Below are positions 1 through 10,973 of a stretch of DNA of 64,000 nucleotides, piece by piece. The notes under the pieces were generated by a model, which was given only the letters and a program-made list of their open reading frames with translations, did not search any database and had not been told where the DNA came from. This stretch comes from an uncultured Verrucomicrobiae bacterium (lineage in GTDB: Bacteria > Verrucomicrobiota > Verrucomicrobiia > Chthoniobacterales > JAFAMB01). A program made the translations under genes and the position numbers. Every line of letters starts with the position of its first letter. Position 1 is the first letter of the stretch. The stretch spans positions 32,490-96,489 of the forward strand of contig CAWAIK010000002.1 in the NCBI GenBank assembly GCA_963782115.1, in the 5' to 3' direction.

Positions 1-5
1 AAGGC

Positions 6-668
6 TTGGTTTACTCCACGGCGGAAGAGTTTGAGTTATTCTGTTTTATCTCACCGGCGTTGGATAGTGGAAGCGGAATTTACTTATCGGCGGGAATCCA
101 CGGCGATGAACCGGCTTCGACTGAAGGACTCTATCAGTGGGCCGAACTCCATCGCTCGATTCTGCGCGATATCCCGGTAATGATATTCCCATGCCTTAAT
201 CCCTGGGGGTTGGTGCACAATCGGAGGACAGATTCGGAAAATCGCGATTTGAATCGCTGCTATCATTTGGACAGCATCCCGCGAATCAATGCCCAAAAAG
301 AGCTGCTGCGAGACCGAAAATTCCGGCTGGCAATGTGTCTTCACGAGGATTACGACGCTCAAGGAGTTTACCTCTACGAGATACGCAAAAAACTTACTAC
401 TTTCGGACGCGAACTCCTCGCGGCGGCCGGGTATTATGTACCGATCGACCCGCGCCTAACCATCGAAGGCCGCCGCGCCGATCAAGGCTGGATCGCCCGG
501 AAAATCAATCTCAAGCGGTTTCCAGTCGTCGCTGAGGCCATCTACCTCGGATCAAGCCACAGCGAACGCACGATAACCGCGGAGACACCTTCCGAATATG
601 ACCTTGGTCCGAGAATTCAGGCTCATATCGCGATGATCCAACGGGCGATCGAACTGAGCTTCCTCTGA
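6..668 (+). CDS. M14-family metallocarboxypeptidase / succinylglutamate desuccinylase-like (5' end probably outside window)
   Basis: Zn-binding motifs GIHGDEP, PCLNPWG, RDLNR, LHED; C-terminal AETP. Confidence 0.8.
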   Translation: MVYSTAEEFELFCFISPALDSGSGIYLSAGIHGDEPASTEGLYQWAELHRSILRDIPVMIFPCLNPWGLVHNRRTDSENRDLNRCYHLDSIPRINAQKELLRDRKFRLAMCLHEDYDAQGVYLYEIRKKLTTFGRELLAAAGYYVPIDPRLTIEGRRADQGWIARKINLKRFPVVAEAIYLGSSHSERTITAETPSEYDLGPRIQAHIAMIQRAIELSFL

Positions 669-692
669 CTTCAAGAGCCTGCACGGGCTGGG

Positions 693-2105
693 CTATCCAC
701 CCACGAAGCCCTCTCCACCGGGTCTAGTCATCTCAACCGGATCCAGTGCCCGGTTAAGCTCACTCTCCGGGAGCACTTGTTTTTCCCGGCAGATCTCACG
801 GATAGTTTTCCCGGTCTTAGCGCTCTCTTTGGCAATCTCAGCCGCGCGATCGTACCCGATAATGGGAGCCAGGCTGGTGACCATGGCCATACTGTACTCG
901 ACTAATTCCTGACACCGCTCACGATTCGCGGTGATCCCGTTCACACATTTGTCGTGAAACGCCCGAACCACATTGGTTAGCAGCCGGATGTTCTCAAGGA
1001 TATTGTGGGCCATCATCGGCATCATCACATTCAATTCCAAATTTCCATTGGCTCCTCCCCAGCAGAGAGCCGTGTCGTTGCCGATCACCTGTGCACAAAC
1101 CTGAATCACCGATTCACAAAGCACCGGGTTGACCTTACCCGGCATAATCGAACTGCCTGGCTGCATCGCAGGCAATTGGATCTCGCCGATGCCACAACGC
1201 GGACCGCTGCCCAGCCAGCGAATATCATTAGCGATCTTAAAGAGGCTGACTGCCAGAGTCCGTATCTCGCCGCTGGCCTCGACCAATCCGTCTTTCGCCC
1301 CCTGCGCTTCAAAATGGTTGCGGGCTTCGCGAAAAGCCACTCCTGTCCTGTTCCAGAGATATCCCATCACGCGGCCGGGAAATTCCGGGTGGCAATTTAA
1401 TCCAGTTCCGACCGCCGTACCCCCCAGGGCAAGCTCTTCGACAGCGGCGATCGCGTTCCCCACTCGGAGCTTACCGTGTTCGACCTGTTTGGCATATGCG
1501 CTGAACTCCTGTCCGAGCCGGATCGGGGTGGCGTCCATCAAATGTGTTCGCCCGATTTTGATGATTTCCCAGAATTCCTGGGTTTTTGCTTCGAGTCCAC
1601 GCTGCAAATGCTCCAGTGCCGGCATCAGATCGTTCCGGACCGATTCAGCGACGGCGATATGGATTGCTGTAGGGATCACATCGTTACTGGATTGGCCCAT
1701 ATTCACATGATCATTGGGGTGGACCGGTTCCCTGAGACCGATCGGCTTTCCCATAATTTGACTCACGCGATTCGCGATCACCTCGTTGGCGTTCATGTTC
1801 GTGCTTGTGCCCGAACCGGTCTGGAAGATGTCGATCGGAAAGTGGCTGTCCAATTTTCCTTCTATTATCTCCTCCGCGGCCTGAACGATGAGACGGCTGC
1901 GCTCCTCGTCGAGTCTCTCAAGATCCCGATTTGCCTGCGCGGCCGCCCACTTGACGAGTCCGAGCGCACGAATGAATGGACGACCGAACCGATACCCGCT
2001 CACCGGGAAATTGAGGATTGCACGCTGGGTCGTCGCGCCATACAGCGCATCAGTAGGCACCTCCATAGTGCCCATGGAATCTTTTTCGGTGCGGGTTGTT
2101 TGCAT
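693..2105 (-). CDS. fumC: class II fumarate hydratase
   Basis: GSSIMPGKVNP signature, QTGSGTSTNMN, KIGRTHLMDA; 470 aa. Confidence 0.95.
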   Translation of the reverse strand: MQTTRTEKDSMGTMEVPTDALYGATTQRAILNFPVSGYRFGRPFIRALGLVKWAAAQANRDLERLDEERSRLIVQAAEEIIEGKLDSHFPIDIFQTGSGTSTNMNANEVIANRVSQIMGKPIGLREPVHPNDHVNMGQSSNDVIPTAIHIAVAESVRNDLMPALEHLQRGLEAKTQEFWEIIKIGRTHLMDATPIRLGQEFSAYAKQVEHGKLRVGNAIAAVEELALGGTAVGTGLNCHPEFPGRVMGYLWNRTGVAFREARNHFEAQGAKDGLVEASGEIRTLAVSLFKIANDIRWLGSGPRCGIGEIQLPAMQPGSSIMPGKVNPVLCESVIQVCAQVIGNDTALCWGGANGNLELNVMMPMMAHNILENIRLLTNVVRAFHDKCVNGITANRERCQELVEYSMAMVTSLAPIIGYDRAAEIAKESAKTGKTIREICREKQVLPESELNRALDPVEMTRPGGEGFVGG

Positions 2106-2467
2106 AGTTGAGATTGATTATTTCTCCGCTTGCCTCTCGAAAAATGAAAGCCGATTCTTCGTGATCTCCGCGCCGAAGGTCCGGGAATGCAACCCACCGA
2201 GCCGAAGAAAACCCTTAGCCGCCGCCCTTGGGTATCCATTTCAGGTGGAGGCTCCCAGTGCAGTTCGCCTTAAAGGATCATCCAATTCATGCCGCAACGG
2301 CAGACATCGCAGCGGTGCTTCTGTCCGATCAGCAGGGGTCCTTCGGCTGAAATTTCATACCTTTTTTGGTTGAGGTATTTGCCGGTTATAAAATGGGGAG
2401 CTTGACACGCTGGACTTATTTTCATAACAGGCCTACAGTTCTTGTAACTTTTTTATCTAATTCATCC

Positions 2468-3031
2468 GTGAGTGAAACCCCTAATCATAATCTTCTTACC
2501 GTAAAAGAGACCGCCGAGTATTTACGGATACCGCTTCCCACAGTTTACTACCTTGTTCAGAGGGGGCAGATACCCGCGATTCAAATTGGCGGACGGTGGA
2601 GAATTAAGAAATCTTCACTAGATCGCGACATCCTGCGCCAGGATAAACAGGGTCAACCAACAGTGTTGGTGGTCGATGATGATCCTGATCTTCAAGAGTT
2701 ATTTAAATCATTTTTGAAAAAAATCGGATTTAGTCGAGTGGTTGTCGGGACGGCCAAGGACGCAATCTCAAGCTTGAGAAAGCAAAAGTTCGATCTGATG
2801 TTTTTGGACCTGCAGTTACCGGACGCGCCTGGAGACCAGGTTTACAAAACGGCCAAGCACATCGATCCCGATTTGAATGTTATCGTTATTACCGGTTACC
2901 CCGACAGCGAGGTGCTGGACAGAATATTGCAGATCAGTCCCGTGACCGTTCTCAAAAAGCCGCTCAAGATCGAGCAGTTAAATCAGACGGTCAAAATCCT
3001 CGGCCACTCCACTGCAAGGGTCGAATCCTAG
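2468..3031 (+). CDS. response regulator: N-terminal excisionase-type (HTH_17) DNA-binding domain + C-terminal receiver domain
   Basis: LTVKETAEYL...GQIPAIQIGGRWRI, then VLVVDDD, FLDLQLP (phospho-Asp), VITG, LKKP; likely GTG start at 2468. Confidence 0.85.
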   Translation: MSETPNHNLLTVKETAEYLRIPLPTVYYLVQRGQIPAIQIGGRWRIKKSSLDRDILRQDKQGQPTVLVVDDDPDLQELFKSFLKKIGFSRVVVGTAKDAISSLRKQKFDLMFLDLQLPDAPGDQVYKTAKHIDPDLNVIVITGYPDSEVLDRILQISPVTVLKKPLKIEQLNQTVKILGHSTARVES

Positions 3032-3174
3032 GAATTGCGCCAGGACGCAATGCATTGGTTATCGTTTTGCCTGCAACGTCTTCTGCACTCCACATCCGGA
3101 CCGAGATAGCGGTGGGTTGGAATGTGCGGTCGATCTTCTCGATCCTGTTTGGGGTAACTCTTAGGGCGACAGTT

Positions 3175-4303
3175 ACTAGTAGTTACTTGCAAAAATAAGC
3201 GATATTATTTCGCAGCGGCTGTTGTTTGATTTCGGCTTGGCGCCATTCAAAGGGAGCCGCTTGTTCATTGTAAGCGCAGATGAAGTAGTCGATTGCTTCT
3301 CGTAACTGTTTGACATCGACAAAGCTGGCTCCTTGGAGCGCTTGGCGGCTCAAAATGCTAAACCAGGACTCAATCTGATTGAGCCACGACGCATGCGTTG
3401 GGGTAAAATGAAAATGGACGTTGGGATGATTCTTGAGCCAGCGGTCACGCTTGGGCTTGTGGGTATTAAGGTTATCGAGAATGACATGAATTTCTTTTTC
3501 GTTGCCGTAGGTGCCTATGATGCCATTCATGAAATCCAGGAACTCCCGGCGGCGGCGGCGTTTGTAATGGCCAGCCTTCACCAAGCCAGTGGCGATTTCT
3601 AGAGCCGCGAAGAGCGTCGTTGTGCCGTGCCTTTCGTATTCATGAGCAAACCCCGAGACGGCCCGTCCGTTGGGTAATCGGATGTAGCCTTGAGCTCGCT
3701 CCAGAGCTTGGATGCTAGGCTTTTCATCCACGCTTATGACGATGGCATTTTCCGGTGGTTTAAGATAGAGACCAACAATTTCGCTCGCCTTACGGGAAAA
3801 CTCCGGATCGGTACTCACACACCAACTCTGGCGGCGATCCAAATGCAAGTCGTGCTTGCGCATGACTCGCCACACCGCATCATCACTGACATCACCCAAA
3901 GCCTTGGCCACCAACCGGCCATTCCAGCGCGCAAATCCTTGTGGCGGCGCTTCAGCCAACTGATCAAGAATTCGCCGTTCGACGCTCTCATCGTTGATCA
4001 CTTTGCGCCCACTGCGTTGTTCATCCTCCAAGCCCGGCACCCTCAGCTTAGCGAAACGCTTGCGCCACTTGCTCACCCTGGATGGTCGCGTCTCAAGCTC
4101 CTTGGCAATCTGATGCGTCGTCTTACCATCAGCGCAGCGCAGAACTATCTTGGCTCGCTCTACCTTGCGTTGCTCTGTCTTTCCGGATTTAAGCCATCTA
4201 TTCAGCTCGTCCGTCTCTTCTGCGCTCAGCTCAATCTTGACCGCCGCTCGACTCATTCAAGAATATGAGCATATATCGTTTATTTTTGCAAGTAACTACT
4301 AGT
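3175..4303 (-). mobile_element. IS630-family insertion sequence, complete
   Basis: ~30-bp terminal inverted repeats (ACTAGTAGTTACTTGCAAAAATAAgCGATAT / ATATCGtTTATTTTTGCAAGTAACTACTAGT) with CTAG/TA at both ends. Confidence 0.92.
3183..4256 (-). CDS. IS630 DDE transposase
   Basis: HTH N-terminus; SVDEK, ILDNLNTH, SWLNQIE; stop codon lies inside the IR. Confidence 0.95.
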   Translation of the reverse strand: MSRAAVKIELSAEETDELNRWLKSGKTEQRKVERAKIVLRCADGKTTHQIAKELETRPSRVSKWRKRFAKLRVPGLEDEQRSGRKVINDESVERRILDQLAEAPPQGFARWNGRLVAKALGDVSDDAVWRVMRKHDLHLDRRQSWCVSTDPEFSRKASEIVGLYLKPPENAIVISVDEKPSIQALERAQGYIRLPNGRAVSGFAHEYERHGTTTLFAALEIATGLVKAGHYKRRRRREFLDFMNGIIGTYGNEKEIHVILDNLNTHKPKRDRWLKNHPNVHFHFTPTHASWLNQIESWFSILSRQALQGASFVDVKQLREAIDYFICAYNEQAAPFEWRQAEIKQQPLRNNIAYFCK

Positions 4304-4326
4304 TCCTCCTGCGCCTGCCTGGACCC

Positions 4327-5208
4327 TCATTCTTCCTTTTTGTTCACTAACCCCTCCAGGTAGATCCGATTTTGTTTCGCGACCTCCGTCGGGTTCGAAG
4401 GCGTTGTATCCTGCTCAACAACCAACCACCCGTCGTAATGATGGTCTTCCAACGCCCGGATCACGTCCGGGACGCGCACGATCCCTTCGCCTAGCGGGGC
4501 AAAAATGAATCCCTTCAATGCCGCCTGGAAACTCCAGTTCTCTTCTTTCGACCGTTGCAACACTTTACCGTCCACATCCTTGATGTGAACGTATCGCACG
4601 CGGTCGCCGTACTTTTCGAGCATTTCAAAGGTGTCCCCGCCGCCGTAGGCAAGGTGTCCGCAGTCAAGGCACCACCCAACGTAGCTCGGATCGGTTACCT
4701 GCAGCAGCCTTGCTGTTTCGGCTCCGGTTTCAACGTAAGTGCCGACATGGTTGTGAAACACCAGCTCGATGCCCTCTTCAAGAAGCAATCTTCCCAGCTC
4801 ATCGAGGCCCTGCCCCAGGTTCTTCCACTGTTCGTCCGTCAGACCCCCACCCGGATCGACATGACCCGCCTCGTTGAGCCTTTTATCATCCCCGCTGTCC
4901 GCCGCGATCAGGTAGCTTCCTCCGATTGATTTGAAGAAACGTCCAACCTCCAACCCTCGCCTGATCTCGGCTTTCCGCCGTGCTCCGTCGCGCAGTTCTA
5001 AACGGACAAACCCGCCCAGCATCTGCAGCCGGTAACTCTGCAAATCGGCGTTCATTGTCTTCGGGTCTTTCGGCATATTCATACCCCACTCGGTCGCTGC
5101 GTAACCGGCAGTCACCATCTCCTGGATGAGCTGTGGGTAAGGAGTCCATTCGCGGTAGTCAGGAGCGTCGTTGTTATTCCAGTTTACAGGTGCGGTCGCT
5201 AGCTTCAT
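4327..5208 (-). CDS. iolE: sugar-phosphate isomerase/epimerase TIM barrel, IolE (2-keto-myo-inositol dehydratase)-like
   Basis: APVNWNN N-terminus, FHNHVGT, LDCGHL, HIKD, VEQD. Confidence 0.65.
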   Translation of the reverse strand: MKLATAPVNWNNNDAPDYREWTPYPQLIQEMVTAGYAATEWGMNMPKDPKTMNADLQSYRLQMLGGFVRLELRDGARRKAEIRRGLEVGRFFKSIGGSYLIAADSGDDKRLNEAGHVDPGGGLTDEQWKNLGQGLDELGRLLLEEGIELVFHNHVGTYVETGAETARLLQVTDPSYVGWCLDCGHLAYGGGDTFEMLEKYGDRVRYVHIKDVDGKVLQRSKEENWSFQAALKGFIFAPLGEGIVRVPDVIRALEDHHYDGWLVVEQDTTPSNPTEVAKQNRIYLEGLVNKKEE

Positions 5209-5405
5209 GCGAATACAGGTCATTGGTTTTCAGTTGCTGCGCACGGTCCGTTCGATGTCGCGCAGGCGAACAGAATCCACGGGGGGAATTCGAGGTTGCG
5301 TTTGATTTCGATCTGTTAACTGAATGAAACCCAGCTCGTCAAGCAAAACCCGGTCCCTCCGGAACTATTGAACCAGCGATTTCGAATCGAAATCCACGCG
5401 CCATC

Positions 5406-5850
5406 CTACGTAATAAAATAACTCAAGTTCTCCAACTCGATCGCCAGATTGACATTGTTGACAACAACGTTCTTCGGAACCTGCAGAATGATTGTGGAGA
5501 AGTTCAGAATCGCTTGAATGCCCCCTTCGACGAGCGCATTTGCGACGGACTGCGCACTCGTTCCTGGAACCGTCAAGATGGCAAGTTTTACGCCATGCTC
5601 GGAGATAAACAATTTCAAGCAATCCATAGGAAGGATCGGAATTTTTGAAGGCCCGCCTTTCGTGCGCCACGGTCGGATGTCGAAAGCCGCGACGATCTCG
5701 AACCCCTCTTTGGCAAAGCCATCATAGTGGATCAGGGCTGAACCCAAGTTGCCGGCTCCGACAAGAATGACCGGTTGATAGCGGGCCGTACGAAGCACAC
5801 TTGCAAGTTGTCTCTCGAGTGACTCGACCTTATAACCACGTGGACTCGCG
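5406..5850 (-). pseudogene. rex: Rex redox-sensing repressor, NAD(H)-binding domain only; N-terminal wHTH absent
   Basis: GYKVESL...VILVGAGNLGSAL...AILTVP...AILNF...ELENLSYF; in-frame stop ~15 codons upstream of GYKV, no wHTH found. Confidence 0.75.
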
Positions 5851-5970
5851 CTTACGCCGATCCGCCGGCGCGTGACCCCTCAGTCACCGAACAAACATTT
5901 CCCCAAATAACCGGCAATTGCCGTGTTCCGTCTTTCAGCGTAAGAGGCAACCGGCTGAGGCTCGATCCGG

Positions 5971-6126
5971 TTACTTGAAGAATCGAGACGTGAACCATCC
6001 GAGATTTTCGATTTCAATCCTAGTGCCCTCAATGAAATTTTGGGGTCCGTGCTCTATCACAACGACCCAGCAAAAGGTGGCAATTGCAAAAAAGCTTAAC
6101 CAGAGCACCAAACGAAAATAGCGCAC
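5971..6126 (-). CDS. small membrane protein, 51 aa (below ORF-track cutoff)
   Basis: Hand translation VRYFRLVLWLSFFAIATFCWVVVIEHGPQNFIEGTRIEIENLGWFTSRFFK*; one hydrophobic helix. Confidence 0.55.
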   Translation of the reverse strand: MRYFRLVLWLSFFAIATFCWVVVIEHGPQNFIEGTRIEIENLGWFTSRFFK

Positions 6127-6231
6127 TTACCGATTCTACGCGTCAGAGGTTGCGACCGCAAGACAGTCGGCCTTTCGCCGATCGCAACGAAAGGCATGAT
6201 ATTTCGCGGACAGGACACTACATTATCGACC

Positions 6232-7923
6232 GTGAGTTACCAAGTCTTTGCGCGAAAATATCGACCCCAGGTTTTCGATGACGTGTCTAGGCCAGGATCA
6301 CGTTGTTCGAACGTTGAAGAATGCGATTCAGCAACAGCGCCTGGCTCACGCTTACCTTTTCGTCGGGCCGCGCGGCACGGGCAAGACTTCGACGGCCCGC
6401 ATTTTGGCCAAGGCTGTAAACTGCGTCCAAGGCCCGACCGATCAATCCGTGCGGAGTCTGTGACTCCTGCCGAGAGATATCGCAGGGGATCAGCCTCGAT
6501 GTGCTCGAGATCGACGGCGCGAGCAACAATAGCGTGGATCAAATTCGCGAACTCCGCGATAACGTCCGGTTCGCACCTCGAGGAAAATTCAAAATCTACA
6601 TCATTGACGAGGTTCACATGTTGACGCAGCAGGCTTTCAACGCGCTGCTGAAAACTTTGGAAGAACCGCCGGCTCATGTGATTTTCATTTTTGCGACTAC
6701 CGAGCCGCACAAGGTCCTGCCCACCATCCTGAGCCGTTGCCAACGATTCGATTTGCGGCGGATTCCCGCTCTGACGATCGCGAAGCACCTGGAATATATT
6801 GCAGGAAAAGAGGAGGTCCACCTTGACCAGGACGCTGCTGCCGCGATTGCCGTCGCCGCCGAAGGAGGCCTGCGAGATGCGGAGTCGATGCTGGATCAGT
6901 TAGTAGCATTTTGCGGCAATACCATCGCTGAGAATCAAGTGCTCGAGGTCTTTGGCCTTACCGCCGAACATGTCGTCGCGAATCTGACTCGCGCCATTCT
7001 AAGGCAAACGGCCGCCGACGCGCTCGCGATCGTTCACCAGCAGTCGGAGGCGGGCAAGGATTTGACCAAACTTCTCGGTGACCTGCTGGCTTTCTTTCGG
7101 AATCTGTTGATTTACAAGATCGACCCGCAAAGTTTGCGTGAAGAAATCAGCGACCATGCGCGCGCCGTGCTCGAGGAACTAGCATCAGTAGTGGACACGA
7201 AAAGACTTCTTCGTTTGATCGAAGGAACTTCTGAAGTGGAAGCTACAATCAAATGGTCTTCGAACAAGAAGCTTCACCTGGAAATTGCGCTGATCCGGGC
7301 GATTCAGACGCTCAGCGAAGTCAACTTGGAAAATGTGATTGATGCCCTTGAAAACCTCCGGGGAGCATCCGTCTCCCCCCTGCTAAAGAGGTGAAAAATA
7401 CTCCGGCAGAGGAAAAGAGGGCAATCAAAGAACCGGGCAAGGAGGAAGCCGCGCCAAAGCAGGTCACCGGCACATGGCCTTCGAGTGACGCGGGCGAAGT
7501 GGCTTCGCCGGCAGAGTCATCCGCTTCAAACAATCGAGACGAGAACGAAGCCAAATGAGCCGGAAGAATCGGCGTGGCCCCGGATTTTGGAAGCGATACG
7601 CCATCGCAGGCCTTTGATTGTTTCGTGGCTTCAACCTGCGACCCCGCTTTATCCTGAACGCGGAACACTGAAACTGGCATTTCCGAAAGATCACTCCATC
7701 GCGGTGGAGTCGTTATCCCGACCGAATAACCGGAAGATTTTGGAGGATGTCGCCGGTGAAATCCTCGGCGGAACATGGAAACTCGAATTCGAATTGCGAG
7801 ACGACCTCTCTGTGCCTCGCGTAGAAATCGGGCCGCTGAACCCGGTTGACAGTCTTCAAGAACGATCCGATGATTCAAAAAGCTCTGGAAATATTCAAAG
7901 CGGAGATCCAGTCTGAGCCTTAG
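6232..7923 (+). CDS. dnaX: DNA polymerase III gamma/tau subunit (split by several single-base indels)
   Basis: [43 protein letters not shown]-terminus [15 protein letters not shown]; ybaB follows. Confidence 0.93.
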
Positions 7924-7926
7924 ACG

Positions 7927-8229
7927 ATGAACATCCAGAAAATGATGAAGCAGGCTGCGAAGATGCAGGAGCAATTGAGTGATGCGCTCGCAGAGAAGAC
8001 TGTGGCGGTGAGCGTCGGCGGCGAAAAAGTCACCGTCGTGGCAAACGGCCTCGGCGATATCCTCTCAATCAAGATTGCCAAGGAAGTCGTCGACCCGGAA
8101 GACACAGAAATGCTCGAGGACCTGATCCTGAGCGGAGTCAAACAAGCGATCGAAAAGGGCAAAAGTTTAGCGCAGAACGAGATGGGAAAACTGAGTTCCG
8201 GTCTCGGGTTGCCGCCCGGGATGCTCTAG
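7927..8229 (+). CDS. ybaB: YbaB/EbfC nucleoid-associated protein
   Basis: MMKQAAKMQEQL...VDPEDTEMLEDLI; canonical position after dnaX. Confidence 0.92.
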   Translation: MNIQKMMKQAAKMQEQLSDALAEKTVAVSVGGEKVTVVANGLGDILSIKIAKEVVDPEDTEMLEDLILSGVKQAIEKGKSLAQNEMGKLSSGLGLPPGML

Positions 8230-8282
8230 ACATTTTCTCTTGAATCGAACCGGGTCGGGATTAGTATCTTGGCCCACTACAC

Positions 8283-8357
8283 TCCTGAGTAGCTCAGTGG
8301 TAGAGCGGTCGGCTGTTAACCGATTGGTCGTAGGTTCGAATCCTACCTCAGGAGCCA
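8283..8357 (+). tRNA. tRNA-Asn(GTT)
   Basis: Cloverleaf TCCTGAG...CTCAGGA; anticodon arm GTCGG-CTGTTAA-CCGAT; GTTCGAATC T-loop; encoded CCA. Confidence 0.97.
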
Positions 8358-8679
8358 TTTTTTTCTCTGCCCGGGCCTTGGCTGAAAGAACCTTGGCCTG
8401 GAGCCCTGCACCTTTTCCGTCTCAAGACTCTTGAGTTCGTCTGCGTTTAAGCACTTTGTCAAAGGCGTCCACCGCTCGAAATGCCAACTCGGCCGCAGCG
8501 TTTACATCAGTAATGCTGGGTTGTAGCTGCAGAAAATATTGCCATGCACGCTCTTCATAGCTTTGAAAATCGGACTCGTTACTCATGCTGGTGAGCATAA
8601 GTCAGAAGTTCGCGACCCGGTGAACGATATTTTTCTGCGAATATTTCGGCCCATGCCGTCACACGACGCTATGCACCTT

Positions 8680-10436
8680 TCAGTGCATCGAAATCCTGGC
8701 TATTAAATCGTCAACTGCAAAGACAGGTGCGGAGCAAGCCTGGTCCGTGCAGAGGAAAGCCGCCGCGTTCTTCAGCGTTGGATACCCGACATCCGGATTT
8801 GGTAAGGCGCCTTCGCGCTCGTCGAGCCACTCAATCCGCTTATACATTCTGGGTTGCCGAATAGCAGCCGAGAAGAGTTCCTGCGCCTTCGGATCATTTT
8901 TTCGACCCACAACGGTGATGTGCAGGGGGGCCGCCGAATATCTCGTGATCGGCGAGCAGGACGCCGGCCAGAAGGTATCCACGATGGTCCGTCGTTCCTG
9001 GCGACGCCACGAAACGCATCGCCTGCTCGGCCACCTTCTTGTATTCCGCGTTGCCGGTATAATGCCACAAAAGATTTGCCAGCCTGACGACGCCGATATT
9101 TTCGTCCAGTGGAGGTCGAGATTTCAGCGCACCAATGCGTGCGCTGGTAACGTATCCCACGTCAGTCCCAAAATTCTCTGAGATGAACTCGAGAGTACGG
9201 ACCGCTTTCTGGAGCCAGGCACGATCGGCTGTGCACCCATACAACGCCAGAAATGCGCGACCCATGGAAAGCGTATCCCCAAGATAAGGTCCCGCAGGGT
9301 CGGCTGTATCGTGTTGAAAACCGCCATCGGAACGCCCTCGATGTGCGCAAATCCAATCAGCTGCTCGAATGGCATCGTCAAGGCAATCCCGTTCCCTTGA
9401 CACGGCGTAGAGCACCGTAAGAGCGTTAATCGCCCAGCCATTCTCGCGAGCGTAGACGTGCGTATCGATCCGCGGTATGCCCTGCTTCCGTCGATCGCTG
9501 TCACCCAGCTGAAAGTACGCGCCTCCGTGATCGCCATCGATCAGATCCGCATCCTGACTCGTATAAAATGCACCCTCAGGCGACGTCAGAAAATTCTTCA
9601 AATACCCTCGGATCCGGTTGGCCGCTTGCAGATAGGTATCGTCGTGCCAAAGCGCATAAGCGGCGGCGTAAATACGCAAGTCCTCCGCTTGCATCTGCAT
9701 GATCTTTTCAAAGTGCGGATGCTGCCAGTCCCCATCCGTCGAATACTGGTAAACTCCGCCCCACGCCGGATCGAGCAGTTTGAACTGGGCAGCGAGCGTT
9801 TCCCGCCCCATACGTTCAAAGGTTTGGTCGCCGCGTTCAGTCTCGGTCATACAGTACTCGATGGTATCCCAGTCGAGAAATTTCTGCGTCGTACCCCACC
9901 CTCGGTTGGTGTTGTCATAGCTGTCGATCAACATCTGGCGCAATCCGTTTCGTCTTTCGGATCCGAGCGTGATTTCTCCGCCTGGAACCAATGGCGCCTC
10001 GGGAACAACCGAAGGACCGGGCGACGGATCGTCGATGATAGCTTGCAGCATCGAAGCCATCTGGGCTGGAGGCAGATACCCCCGCCGTTTCACGATTTCG
10101 CTCCCGTCGCTGTTAAACACTATGGTGGCAGGCCAGCCGTAATCTTCATATCGATTCGAGAGATCAGGGCGCGCATCAGCGTCGACCCGAACCGCCAGAT
10201 AGCGCTTGCCTACGAGCCCGATGACCATTGGATCGCGGTAGGTAACCTCTTCCATGACGTGACACCAGTGGCACCAGACAGTCCCGAGATCGAGCAATAC
10301 GAAACGCCCTTCACTCTTGGCTTGGGCAAAAACGGAATCAGACCATGGTTGCCAGGTAATTGCGGTTCTCCTCAGCCCACGTTCTCGTGACTGGAAGCAG
10401 CACGAACGCAAACAGAATCGATAGGCCGCGGCCCAT
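8680..10436 (-). CDS. exported DUF255/YyaL-type thioredoxin-domain protein (indel-split)
   Basis: Signal-like start MGRGLSILFAFVLLP at 10436; WCHWCHVM, RPDL, GWPAT, PHFEK, FYTSQDAD; C-terminus AFLCTDQACSAP. Confidence 0.85.
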
Positions 10437-10439
10437 AGT

Positions 10440-10973
10440 TTATTTCCTGTTTATTCGTTGAGAAGCCACGGCCGCCGAACGATCGGGACGCGTCAAGACT
10501 TTCTGTCCAATCACACGCTTCAATAACGCATCAATCGAGACCAAGCCGGGACCGAAGGCGAGCACGATCAAAGCGGTCAGCAGAAAGGGAAACGGATCGG
10601 CTTTTACAAACTTATCCGGGTCAGCTGAAGATGCTGGTTATCGCTTCGAAAATCGCCGGTCACATAGGCGACACACATCGAAATCGCGATCATTAGCGCG
10701 ATCGGTCGAGACGCCAGGCCGATAATCAGTAGAAGCCCGCCAAAGCACTCCAGGCTACTCACAAAATAGGCGTTCAGCTTCGGCGCAGGAATACCGAGGC
10801 TGGTGAAAAAATCGATCACTTTTCCAATGTTCGAAAGCTTACCTTTCCCGGTCAGGAAGAGCTGCCAGAAAAAGTAGAGGCGCAGCGCTAATAACAACGG
10901 CGACTGCAAAAGGTTGGCAGCGGTCACGAACAGGTCGTACGCGCGGCGTATCAGATCGACGAATTCTACTCAT
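10440..10973 (-). CDS. DoxX-family membrane protein (BufD-like; indel-split)
   Basis: LALRLYFFWQLFLTGKGKL...ECFGGLLLIIGLASR...FGPGLVSID. Confidence 0.85.

Noticed and set aside
7370..7400. Programmed gamma/tau frameshift in dnaX at the C6 run
   Set aside because: Position is suggestive, but the gene has several other indels and no A-AAA-AAG or long A-run slippery site; cannot be separated from error without reads
8167..8434. ORFs overlapping tRNA-Asn
   Set aside because: Shadow translations of the tRNA
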